Shown one piece after another: positions 49,511 through 62,105 of a stretch of DNA of 64,000 bases (its first letter is position 1; each line of letters starts with the position of its first letter). Origin of the DNA: Epiperipatus broadwayi (Eukaryota; Animalia; Onychophora). The stretch lies in assembly GCA_028023455.1 (NCBI GenBank), contig JAQFVV010000001.1:3410001-3474000 (forward strand), given 5' to 3'. A program made the position numbers and the translations under genes. Under the pieces are notes generated by a model. That model was not told where the DNA came from, did no database searches, and saw only the letters and a list, made by a program, of their open reading frames with translations.

Positions 49511-52500
49511 TTCTATTATTTGTTATTTCTGACATGTCAAATAATCTGAATGTATTAATACATACATGCATCGTGAGACTTATAAAGTGTTTTAAAGAAT
49601 GGTAATCATAATTTGAAATTTATTCAAAGTTTAACTTAGTTTCAAATAATTTAAATCTCCTGGAGTGTAATATATATATAATTATGCATACTATTTAACT
49701 TTTAAAAACCATATGTTTGACTTGTAAATCCTTTCAGAACACACACACACAAAAAGAAGCTTTAAACTGATTGGCTTATATTAGCAAACAATTCACCACT
49801 AAAAACCGAAAGGTTGAACTATTTAAAATTTTTTGAATGATAAATGAAATATTAATGAGAAACTTGAAACCAGTTATGCTATAAATGAAATAAATCGAAG
49901 TTGTATATTTTTTAGAAACTGATAACTAAATACAAAATGAGAAAACATGATTTTGTGTTTTTTCTCCTCCATATTTATCTTCTTTATCATAAGTTAAATA
50001 AATACAATAATTAATAATACTAATATACATGGAAGTAGTAAACGTTTGTATCAGATATCTACATAAATCAAAGGTATTGGAATTCTTTAAGGGATACGCA
50101 CATATTAAAATGTTTGATTCCTAACAGGGACTAGAAATTATGTTAGACAATTCAACTTTTATAAATAATCATTAAAATTGCAATAAATGTAGTTTTTAAA
50201 AACATGTTTTAAAATTTAAACTATTAACTTAAAAAAAAAAAAAAACGGTTATAACAGGATACTCTCTTTGACTGAACTAACCACAAATATTCATTTTTCA
50301 ATGTCTTTTTTTTTTTTTTTAGATTCTTACTACTATAATAAAATTTTACAACTCACCATTAATAATTATTATCAATTAGTTATCACATATTACTTAAATG
50401 TAGTATGTCTGTGTGCATATAAAATGAAAAATAATTGATTCGTCTTATTTTTAATAGAATTATCGATTAAACTTATGGACTGGTAAATCGTTACTTAATT
50501 TAACTTTAAACTTATTTAACAAAAATAAAAATCATATAGATTTTTCACTCTGAATTTGCAGTTTTCTTCTGATAACAATTTACAGTATTTTTAACAACTC
50601 ATTTTCAAGATAACAAGGTTGCTTAGATTTTCAAAAAGAAAATTCAAGGAAGATTGGATGTATTCCAATGATTTTCAAAACATTAATCTTTAAATACATT
50701 AGCTTAAAAAATATATATATCGTTATCAAATATTTTCATATAGCTTTACAAAGAGGTTTTTTTTTAAAGACTTAATGTTATGTGATGCCAAATACAATCT
50801 TTAAAGGTTTTTTCCTGTTCATTGAAAATTTCTGAAACATCAATTCAATATGAATAAAATATATATAAAAGTTTATATCTTAGCTATATTTTTACATTTT
50901 CATTCTGAATTAATTTGAAGTTCTAAGTCTAATTTGCAAGTGTGCAACCTCTGAGCTAATGTTTAGTATTAAATATATCAATTAATTGATAAATTAATAT
51001 ATCTATTAAAACTCTTTAAAAAAATTTTTTTAAAGGTATTATCTATATTCAAAATAGCATTCTATTCTATATCAACTCTAATCATTCCAATCATTAGAAT
51101 TTAGTCATTGATATAGTTTTTAATATTATTTTCAGTACAAAGGAAATGAATTGCATCAATTGTTATATTATTTATTGTATCATATTTTCTATCATCAGTA
51201 GCAACTGATATATAGTTACAAACATATCAATATTTATGTCATTCTAAATTTCTTAATATGTATGTATGGCGCTAATTGTTAACTCAAAGCATAAGCATTT
51301 ACAAATCCTCACATTCTGAAATATTGCAAAAATTGCACATAGATCTCCATCATACAGTATGAAAAAATTTAATTGAGTTTAGCTTGATTGCAATTAATTT
51401 GTAGCTAAATCAAAATATTTTGATATTCTTATCTTCATTCTGATTATGCAAGAATTAAGTATAACATCTAATATTGACAAGTAGTAAATTTTAATATTTT
51501 ACAAGTGTTAATAGGATATAAAAAAATGTAAATAAAGTGAATAATATATTCACACTCTCATTCTAAGATGCTTAAGATTTTCTTGCAGAATTGCATTTAG
51601 GTATGTAGATAAAATGGCTGTTCTTATCATTTCAAAGTCTTTATCTTATGACTTGGATCGAGAGTTTATTCATATTTAACAATCACTAATTGAATATTAT
51701 AGTATGGGGCATGTGTAGAGGGTTGATTACTTTCTTAGAATTAATTTATTAACCTGTGCTAATGATTATTATTTCTTTATCTCAAAAATTTATTTCATAA
51801 TATGTAAAAATGTATTCATCCATCTTCACTACACATGATTCTTAATATCTTGCTTTGCACAAAATTTTAATTAATAATATCTGCTAATCAATTTTATAAA
51901 TATGTAAGGCTCATTAAAATGAGATGCTAGAATTAAATATTGTATATTAAAAGAGCAGCAGGCTAATACTGTATTATTTTTTGCTCATAACACTTTGTTT
52001 TTTAATTAATCAATTTGTCTTTAGAAAATTTAACATGTACATCAAAACATAAGTATTAATATTCAGACATTTGAAATTATTAATCAACTGTAATTAGTAA
52101 GAAAAAAAACTGTTTATTTGAATAAAAGATGTATTGTCACCAAATCACTCTTGGATACTGGAATTATTCGTGATTACGATTTTTTGTACATATAATGCTA
52201 ATGTAGCATTTATTTTAGAAACAAAGTAAGGAACATGTCTGAAAATTTGTGATGATGGCAATTTATTTCTAATTACATGTTAAATGACTTTTAGAAAAAT
52301 TGAAACTTTATTGAAATTTTGATAGAAGATTAGAATATCATCTTAAATTCATTATTCTCAAATCTAAAGGCCCCAAGTTTGATTTCCATGTTAGTGTTGT
52401 CACTGGTCAGGCCAGCAACACCTGAAGAAATAAAGAAAACAATGTAGCATTATATTATTATTTACATTTGAATGTATTTAAAAAGTTTAAATAAAGTTTG

Positions 52501-53589
52501 GCTTTTTAAAAAAAGATATTTAACAATTAATTCTAGATGATTGTAATCTCCAATTCATAATTATAAATGAAATAATACAGCTTAGACAATAACTTATTTT
52601 TATACAAGATATTTTGATAATTTTAAATAGCTTTTTTAAGATTAAAAAAGATATGGGAATAATAAAATATAATAAGTATTACAAAGTAAATCCAGCATTA
52701 TGTAAAAAACAAAATAAAAGCTTTTATTGTCAGATCTTGCTCAGTATGCTCATTATTAATACTAATTCACAAATTTAGAGTATTTTTCTATCAAATTCTG
52801 ATACACTGAAACAATGATTTGATTATCCTTAGTTGATTTTAAGATTTAATGTATGGTTTACCATTTAAGGATTCTGTTTTTTTTAAAATTATAATGCTCT
52901 AACACAATTCTATGTTATGGGCTTACAGCTTGAATGAACCGATAAATTTTGCATTAATGTTTTTTTTTTGACTTTTCTATGAGTAAAATTATTTGCATTC
53001 TTTCTAACTCAAATACATTGTTTTTTGTAAAAAATAAAAATAATTTCATGATGCTGTATTTAGGGTGTATATAAATATTTCAAATATATATTGAAACAAA
53101 TTAAATGCACACAATTTTTTTCTAAAATTATTATGTTTATATGATTATTTAACATAAAAATAATGCTATTTGTTTTATTATGTATAAACCACACCCACAC
53201 AACATAAATGAAAATGAAATTGATAGATAAACAACTGATTTAAATATAATTTATTCAATGGGCTTTCGAAATTTTCATTATTTTTTATTTAATTTAATTA
53301 CTATTTTTAGTACCTATACATACATAAAAGACAAAATATTAAAAACAGTTAAGTTTGGGGTTTATATATGTATTTATTATTGTTATTAGGTGCAAAAATG
53401 TTGGTGTCAACTTCTGTCAGTCATATAAATGACATTCTATCTTTTTATAAGATAATGATGTTTATGACTGTTTTCTTCAACATATTTTAAAGTAATAATA
53501 TGTTACACTATTTCCACCATCTATCATTAAATGTTGAATGTTTAGAAAATTTTAAACTTTTTCAAATACAAACAACTGTTAGTAATAAT

Positions 53590-53694
53590 ACACAAAGATA
53601 ACACACATTAGTAGATTACAACAATACCTGAAGAAGAATACAGAATAATACTACTCAAAATATTGTGTAATCTACTAATATGAGTTGTCTTTGT
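53590..53694. repeat. ~37-bp-arm hairpin with CTGAAGAAG in the loop
   Basis: ACACAAAGATAACACACATTAGTAGATTACAACAATA / TATTGTGTAATCTACTAATATGAGTTGTCTTTGTGT. Confidence 0.6.
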
Positions 53695-53984
53695 GTGTGA
53701 TAATGCAAATAGTCCAACACATTATCACATTTAAAATACCATCATCACAAACTTTCATGAAATTCATTTTAAAGTATTATTTTGTTGTTATAACTGTGAT
53801 CGATTATAGCCAACATCATTCTATATTGCTTCTGCTCAATATAGATATTAATAATAATACCTTAAGACAAATAAAAGAAATTATGTTAATGGAAAATAGA
53901 AGAAAAATAATAAAGATTAGATGTAATTAGAGAAATTTGAATTCAGGACTTATCAGTCTATTTGTGCTCCATTCCATCTCAAAC

Positions 53985-54125
53985 AACGAATACACTTGAC
54001 CAAACATATGTAAAAGGATACATGATCCCTAATATATGCATTTCATGCAAAACCAGAACTCGGCTGTTAGGGCAGATCATATTCTCCCACATGCATATAC
54101 AATCAGTGCTTGGTATATATTAAGA
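53985..54125 (-). repeat. Family B fragment with a decayed HHR
   Basis: The reverse complement AGCACTGATTGTATATGCATGTGGGAGAATATGATCTGCCCTAAC...GCATGAAATGCATATATTAGGGATCATG matches 59145-59230 and 3415-3480. Confidence 0.6.
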
Positions 54126-55422
54126 TAGCATTGGCTCAAACTTTAATTCACAGGCTTTAATCTTTTCATGCTTTCAACTATTCAACCATTCATTTAATTG
54201 AAAAACCAATGATGGAATGCTCAAAGCTCTTATTGGATTTGATATTGAAGTCATACTCATAGAGATTTTACCGCCCTTATAAAAAGTTGTTAGATGAAGA
54301 AAGATAAATTTAGCATATATTTCAGTAAAAGACAAATGATATTATAAATGAACATGATACTTAGTCATATTAAGTTTAGCTTGTCTGTACTCACTAGTCA
54401 TAACATCATATGAAAATAAATATATCTTATTTAAAATAAATTTACATTAGAATTTTGCTGTAGAAGTATTTATTCTTTTTATTGCTGTTCAACCAAGATT
54501 AGAAAATGAATAGAAGTTTGAATACATTTTTAAAACAATAAATACTACATTAAAGGAATTTTAATCTGTGTCAAAGAAATTATAGTAACAATTTATAAAA
54601 TATGCATCAAAAGCATCTATGAAGCTTTTTTTTTTTTTTGCAGTATTCTTTGTCAATATTAGTTTACTTTAAAAAAAAAAGACAAAAAGAGGAAAATGGT
54701 AAAGAAATAACATCTAAGATAAAATATATATAAATATACAATTGGTTGCTAGAATTATATCTGATATTAATATTTGTTGAAATAGGGTAGTTGTTATTGC
54801 ATGATTCTATAACATTTTGAATGATTTATTGTACTTAGATTTGGATCATATTATAATTAGGAAAATAAAATAAAAGTTTTAATACAAATGACCAAATGAC
54901 AGAATTTTTCAAATCACTAGATAAATTAGATTAGATATTGCCTATTATTTTATTTTTAGTTTTTTTGCTGATCTGATGAATTTTATTTTTTTTTATAAAA
55001 TGCTTTTAAATAATGCCATAGAACAACATAATTTATGGGAAATTTTTTTTTTTAGATTAAGAAGAAAATATCTGATCTGAAATTCATGACTAAGTTGATT
55101 TTCATTGAAATGGAATCATGTTATCTTATGTATGATAATGTTAAAATATTCTTTGCAATAAATAAATTGATTAGTAACTGAATATATAAAATTATTTTTT
55201 ATGTTAAAAAATGACTGAAAATATTTTTTCAGCTATTTGTTACATTTTATTCCAAAAACCATTGTAAATTAAGTTAATGAAAAGAGAGAATATTTGGGTC
55301 TACCCTAGTTTTAACCTAAAATACTTCCAACTGTGGGAAGAGACACTCTATCTGCCCATTATAAACTAAATTAAGTTAATGATAAAACTATAGGTTATCA
55401 GAAACAAAACAAACAGCATGAA

Positions 55423-55651
55423 ATTAGACCTGCTGCCTGCGTTTGCAATGGCAGATGTACTAAAAAGTCAAATTTTTAACAATACAAAAAGTATAAATTT
55501 GTACACAAAATTAATAAACACTTTACAATATTAAATAAAATAGGTAGTTGTGACATTTTGATATGGTATTCTGCTGCTGCAAACATTCCTGCTCCCACAC
55601 TAAAGAAAGATGTGACATTTTGCCATCACAAACACGGGCAGCAGGTCTAAT
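55423..55651. mobile_element. Putative MITE with ~33-bp terminal inverted repeats
   Basis: ATTAGACCTGCTGCCTGCGTTTGCAATGGCA versus TGCCATCACAAACACGGGCAGCAGGTCTAAT. The ends are compatible with a TA TSD. Confidence 0.5.
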
Positions 55652-55835
55652 ACATAAGTACCAATACAAACAAATGCATAGATTGATTATTTAATTTCAT
55701 TTCTAAATAAATTAAAATATGAAATTCAATGAAAAATTATAATTTCCAATTTCATTGGATTACTTAAATATTTCTCATAATGCAGACCAGTAGACTTTTA
55801 AAAGAGAGCTAGTGTTACTACATATTTGTCTTCTT

Positions 55836-58056
55836 AAATAGAAATAAAACAAATTAACTCCTTTTTAAAACTTGTTTTTTATATGACTATAATCATGAAA
55901 AAAAAAATCCAACGTTTTGACTACTTTATATAGTTTTTTTCAAGGCATACTAAAATAAAATAATATATATATAACAAATAACACATATTCAAAAAATAAA
56001 AAATTACAAAATATATTCATAACCAAAAATTTACCTTATCTCACTCCCCTTTCCTATTACCAAAAATCACAACTCAAAGAGAAACAATTTCCTTTTTTAT
56101 ATATATATCCTTTAAAACATTTAATTAAAAACCTATTATTTTCTTTTCTGTTTATCTATTAACATCCTATTTAATTCTGGTTTTATTTCATTAATGTATA
56201 CACTTTCTTTTATCATCCTTTCATTATATGACTTAATACATTCCAAAGGCTTTATATCAAAATCCCCATGCTTAAATTTATTCATGTGAATGTAAACAGC
56301 ATAATTTTTATCACCTAAATGCTGTTTTAATCTAGTTTTTAATTTATTCTTACTAATCCCAATATATGTCATTTCTACATTCTTTCTAAAACAATTCAAA
56401 CATTTTATCAAATAAACTGAATTCATAATGTCTAACCTATTATAGTCCCCATTATTATTAATTAAAAGATTTAAACTTGTTTTCTTTTTATAAACTGGAC
56501 AAATTGAAACATTATACTTCCTATTAATCATTTTAACTAATTTCTTAACTTCAATAAATAAATCTTTAGATATATTAAAACCAACATAAACAATGTTTTC
56601 TCTATTCCTACTCCTATCTAATCCCATTCTATTCCTTATTTTATTTACATTTTCATTAGAAAACAAATGTTCAACTACACCCCTAGGATAATCATTCATA
56701 AAACATTCATTCCTAATAATATCAATTTCATTTCCAAACAAATTATTATTTGAACATAACTTAATTGCCCTAATAATTTTATTATTAACAATATTGATTT
56801 TACTATGATTATCAATATCTGAAAACCAATTATTTGATAATCCAAAAAATGTTTTTTTTTTCTAAACACAGATGTTTCTATACTAACACTACCATTCCTA
56901 TCAATTTTTTTTAAAAATTCTAACGTCCATATATTCAATAATATTAATATATTCTTTTTCCATAGTAAATTTTATTTTTTCAACTCTACCATTAATATAA
57001 CTCAAAAAATTATCTGCATTTCTTTTATTACCATTGAAAACCATAAAATAGTCATCAACATATCTAACATAAAAAATTGCTTTATTTCTATTATAATTAA
57101 AAAATTGCTCTTCAAAGTTATACATATATATTCCTGCCAAAAAAACCACTCAGACTATTACCCATACTTAAATCCTCTTTTTGCTTATAAAATTCATCCC
57201 CATATTTAAAAATAAGGTCCCTACAACAAATCACTAATATTTCATATAAAAGAAAAACCTCAAGTTTTAATTTTACCCCTTTCTCTTTATTATATAAATC
57301 CATAAAACAACAAATGTTAATGAATAAAAAGGTTAATAATATGTTAACTGTGTTGTATGAAAAAGGTTGTATGGAAAAATTAGTCAATTAAAAAGAATGG
57401 ATATGAAATGTGCAAAAATCTATGGTTTACCTAAAATACATAAGCTTGGTATTCCAATGAGGCCAATTATTAGTAGTTGTAATACTTATTACAAGAAAAT
57501 TTCAAAGTAGGTGTATAATAATATTTTTAAAAAATATATTACATTATTTGAAAGAAATTGTGTTAATAATTCTATACAGTTTATTAGTAAATTGTAAGTT
57601 TTTTTTAGAAGGTAAGGTTTTTACAAATTTGGTTTTCTTAAAGTTAGATATAGTTAGTATGTATTCTAACATTGATCCGGAGGTTGCTATTTGTTGTTTT
57701 ATGGATTTATATAATAAAGATACAAAACTATGACTGCTTCAAATACACATGCTCTCACATGAAACTACAGTGAAAATAGATATTCTACTATTACGAGAAA
57801 ACAACCATTTTTGGTTATGAATATATTTTGTAATTTTTTATTTTTGGAATATGTGTTATTTGTTATATATATATTATTTTATTTTAGTGTGCCTTGAAAA
57901 AGACTATATAAAATAGTCGAAACGTTGGATTTTTTTTCATGATTATAGTCATATAAAAAACAAGTTTTAAAAAGAAGGAGTTAATTTGTTTTATTTCTAT
58001 TTTGGATATTTATGAACTATTTTGAAAAGAAGAACTCTGTGCTTGATATATTAAAT
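55836..58056. mobile_element. Penelope-like element (RT + GIY-YIG), internally inverted, with inverted pseudo-LTRs and tail
   Basis: Minus strand: LSMGNSLSG, YVRYVDDYF, VYLIKCLNC..TYIGISKNKLKTRLKQH..H (GIY-YIG with CCHH). Plus strand 57315-57720: YGLPKIHKLGIPMRPIISS and KLDIVSMYSNID. Inverted arms at 55836-56030 and 57807-58002, tail at 58003-58056. Imperfect TSD TATTTGTYTTCTTA(A)ATAGAAA at 55823-55844 and 58057-58077. Confidence 0.92.
57892..57928 (+). ncRNA. Variant minimal hammerhead motif in the PLE pseudo-LTR (U3/A8 core)
   Basis: CC-TTGAAAA-A-GACTAT(ATAAA)ATAGTC-GAAAC-GTT-GG: perfect 6-bp stem II, palindromic AACGTT stem III, but only a 2-bp stem I. A decayed mirror copy lies at ~55910-55950 (-). 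Confidence 0.6.
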
Positions 58057-59183
58057 TATTTGTTTTCTTAATAGAAAAAAAAATTCTAAATTAAATATTT
58101 TTCATATATATGTGTGTAACAACTCACTTTTATGGTTAAAGACTATGTATGACTGACTGTTAGTCATAAAAAAAGGTCTTATTTTAATCACATTTGGAAA
58201 TGAGTATTATAATAAAAATTAACGTATTCCATCTGAAATTTATGGATTGATAAAAAATAATGTGAAAAGTATCACATAGTAAAGTATTTAAATATCATTG
58301 TATTTATTTGAATTATGATTTATGTATAATTTTCAAATTGATTAGCAATTTCTTTTTTATTATTAATTTTAGTATTTTTTTGAACGATGTTTTTGTTTCT
58401 TTGTTCAAATTTCATTAATTTTTATTTCAATACTCATTTTCAAATATGCTAAAGATAATTTTTTTTATTAATAATAATTTTAGTCTTTCTTTATACTGTT
58501 AAAAAAATTTGATAGTAGATATTCTATGAGACATACATTATAAAAATATTTATTATAAGATTAAAGAGTTTTTACCGTTCACTGATGAAAAGTTTTTTGC
58601 GTGGTGGGAGATCTTTTACCTAAGCTTGGTTAGACTTAAAACTGCAACTTTTAAAATTATTTGAAATGCTGCAAGTGCAGAGGTATTGCATCTACCTATA
58701 ATACCCATGACTTTGGATAACTTTTTATGAAAATCTTAGAAATTTTCTCTCATGGCTGGCTGATAGAATAAAATACAATTCGAAAAAATTTCAAAAACTC
58801 ATCTCTGGTTATAGACAAACTGATTAATACTGGTTATTTTAGAAGGTTTTGGAGAAGTCTTAGCCCTGCAGTGGGCTAATTATTAGATTGTTTCACTTAT
58901 TTATTTAAAGTGGCTTTTGTTTCGAGTTAATAAATGTATTAGGGAAAAATCTGTATTAAATTAAATATATATACACTTATATATATATATAAACATAAAA
59001 ATAATAAATAAATAAAAAGAAAAAAAACATAATAACGTTCCATCATCAGATTTTCAATGAAATGGATGGCTGAAGAGTTTTGGGTTGGAGTAATTTGAAG
59101 CCTGTCCATTAAAGTATGAATATTGGCTATCTTAATATAAAGCTGAGCACTGATTGTATATATGTGTGGAGATAGTAATCTGG

Positions 59184-59227
59184 ATCAACTGATGATTGCT
59201 GGTTTAGCATGAAATATGTATATTGGT
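59184..59227 (+). ncRNA. Family B hammerhead motif, near-intact
   Basis: ATCAA-CTGATGA-TTGCT(GGTTT)AGCAT-GAA-AT(ATGT)AT-A^TTGGT. Stem I has 5 bp, the core is intact, the triplet is AUA, and there is a U-U at 10.1/11.1. Embedded in a family B fragment at ~59140-59310. Confidence 0.65.
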
Positions 59228-60220
59228 GATTATTTATTTTTTCAACATGTGTATGATCAGGTGGGTCAGCAATATGAGATGGCATGGGGAATCTAGGGTC
59301 ATGTGAAAGTCTGAATTCGAATCCCTTATAATAAAAATAAATAAATAAATTAAAAACAACAACATATATGGAGAAAATAAAGTCATAACATATTAAATCA
59401 TTCTTTGGGTTTTTGCTATAACAAATATCTAGATAACTTTTTTATAATTTGTTGTTTATAAAAATTATTGCTAGATCACTAATTTAATTAATCTTGGGAT
59501 ATTTTTTTAAATTGTCAGTTTTGGCTATTATTAGACTTATGGATAAAACTAATAGAATTCTTTGAGCCACAACATAATTTATTATATTATAATTAAAACA
59601 AAAGCAAACATTTGAAATCATTATTCACATATAAATTTCTAGTACAACAATCTGGGTTTAATCATTAACCTCCCTTGGGACCAGATTATCTGTGTATTTG
59701 TCATACAAAGCAACAAACAATAACTCAGACCTGCTTCTTTTATCAATAGATGTAATAAATAAATGAAACAGTTCCCAAGAATTACAAAGCAATATTTTAA
59801 AAACTCAAATAAATGCAAAAGTAATGAGAGTAGCACTGGCAGTGGAAATTTCTAATCCTTGTTAACTTCCAACCCAATGCCCTGACCAGTAGTCAGTCAT
59901 TCAATTTTTTTTTTTCAAATTGTGTTTTGTAATTTAGTTTTTTTTTTTTTTTTGTAAATAATGGAGCACGGATTTGTTTATGGGTTCATTTCATTCAATA
60001 TATTTTTTTATAACTTTAAAAATTTTTTAAAATTGCAACAAAAAAAAAAAACATTTAAATATATCAAAGAACACTTCTTCACTTTATTATAAACACTTGT
60101 ATTAACTATCTAATGAATATAAGTAAATCGTAATTAAAAATCTAATGTTTTGATATTTATTTATAGTCTTTATTAAGGGTAAGATCATCGATTTGAAAAT
60201 AATTAAAAAAATAAATAAAT

Positions 60221-61101
60221 ATATCTTACAGTAAAAGTGATTAATTATTGTTGGGTATTATGCATAATCACCATCTTAGCAAGTTTGATAAATTTCACTA
60301 AATTTTTCACTTTTAAGGACGATTTCACATAATTCCCAAAGAAGTTGGTAAATGTGGTAAACATGCCAGAATTTTATTTTTTATCAATGAATATAAATTT
60401 GTTTGAGTGATAAATGTTATTGAATAAAGTGATTTTTACATAATTTCCAAAATATAGTTCATAAATTTGATAAATATTATAAAATTTTCCATGTTTTGAT
60501 TGTTTTAATAAAGTAACATATAAATTTAAACAAATTTTAATAAAATGAATCAATATATATATATTCCTTTATTGATGTTAGAACAATGTGAAGAAACAAA
60601 AAAAATCTGTTTCAGTTTAATATTAGATGTATATATCCAAAAGTATCAAAAAATATAGAACTCTAATAATTTTTGGCAAACTACCATGACATTTTGAATT
60701 ACATGACTTTTTATTTTTCTTTCATTTGTATTTGGTTGAATTCCATTTTTTATTGCAATAAGCATTATTAGAGTTTTATCTTTTTCCTTATTAACCTTTT
60801 TGTATATTTTTGTAAACATAATTTTAAGGTGAAACATTTTTCTTAGTTTCCTTATATTCATTAAATCATCCTAATATTAATAAAACAAAAAATGTATTTT
60901 ATTGATTTCATTAAGATGGAAAATTTCATAATATTTGTCAAATTTATGAACTATATTTTGGAAATTATGTAAAATTACTTTAAAAGTGATATATTCAGTT
61001 ACTTATCAAACTTACCAAATTTATTTGGGAATTGTATATAATAGTTGGTAAAAATGAGAAATATAATGAACTTTAACAAACTCACTTTTACTGTAATATA
61101 T
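60221..61101. repeat. AT-rich fold-back-type element with internal subrepeats
   Basis: Inverted blocks at 60221-60242/61082-61101 and 60425-60492/60916-60982 (about 4 differences in 68 nt). The motif ACATAATT(T/C)CCAAA recurs within the arms. Confidence 0.6.
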
Positions 61102-61169
61102 ATATATTTGTAAATTTGATTTAGGAATAAATATTAAGTTTTTCAAGAATTTCAGAGAAATTGTATTAA

Positions 61170-62105
61170 TTTTTCTATAATATAATTTTCACTACACCAC
61201 TCTTTAGAGACTGGTTTCTATCCTCTTTTAACATCTTGTGGAGAAGTGTAATCATAAACATATGATCAAACACATGTGAAAAGGATGTGTGATCCCCAAG
61301 AAGCACATTTCATACTGAATCAGCATTCATCAATTGGCCCAGTCAACAATCTTTTACATATATCTTTATCATTGCTCAATATATAAGGATAGTTATTTAC
61401 TACAGTTTATCACTTAACTTTTATCTTTTAGTGTGAAAGTTTGTTTGTTTGTTTCCTTATTTTGTTACTTTATATCCCAACAAATATTGCAATCAATTTT
61501 GATGAATTTTGCATAATTTTCTTTCTGTTCTTGTAGAGAATTTTAGAGGCTATAAATTTTTGCTATATAGTATTTAATTATTTTAAAATATTGGTATTTT
61601 GTAATATAAAAATGTATCAATGATGTCATAGAAATGCAAAAAAGGGGAACCATTGATTAAAGCATTAAAAACATTGGAAAATGTTGTCACCTTTACGGTG
61701 ATATACATACTACAGAAATGGAGAGAATGATAAATTTTGATAATCCAAAATAAAATTTTATTATGTAAATCTATTTTAAAAATAATTAAATTTTGTTGAA
61801 AGAGTAGTAAATGGCTATCCATATGTACTGAACAATGATAAAGATATGTGTAAGAGATTGTAGTCTGGCCTAACTGATGAGTGCTGGTTCAGTATAAAAT
61901 GTGCATTGTGGAAATTAAACATCTTTCTTACATGTCTTTAGTCATATGTTTGTGATTAGTTCCTTCACATGGCATTGAATGTGAATAGAAATCAGTCTCT
62001 ACCTTGCATGAGAGTGGTGTAATAAAAATTACACTACAGAAATATTATTCATTATGTGAATAATCTCTAGTCTAATAAATGACTAATAAAAATTATTAAT
62101 ATTGT
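61170..62105 (+). mobile_element. Family B inverted-arm HHR element with a ~430-bp spacer
   Basis: Arms at ~61170-61385 and ~61820-62050. Decayed HHRs at 61870-61911 (+, CTGATGA..AAAAT) and ~61295-61340 (-, TTGATGA..GAAAT). The downstream ATGACTAATAAAAATTATTAAT is shared with the 3.6-kb copy. Confidence 0.72.
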
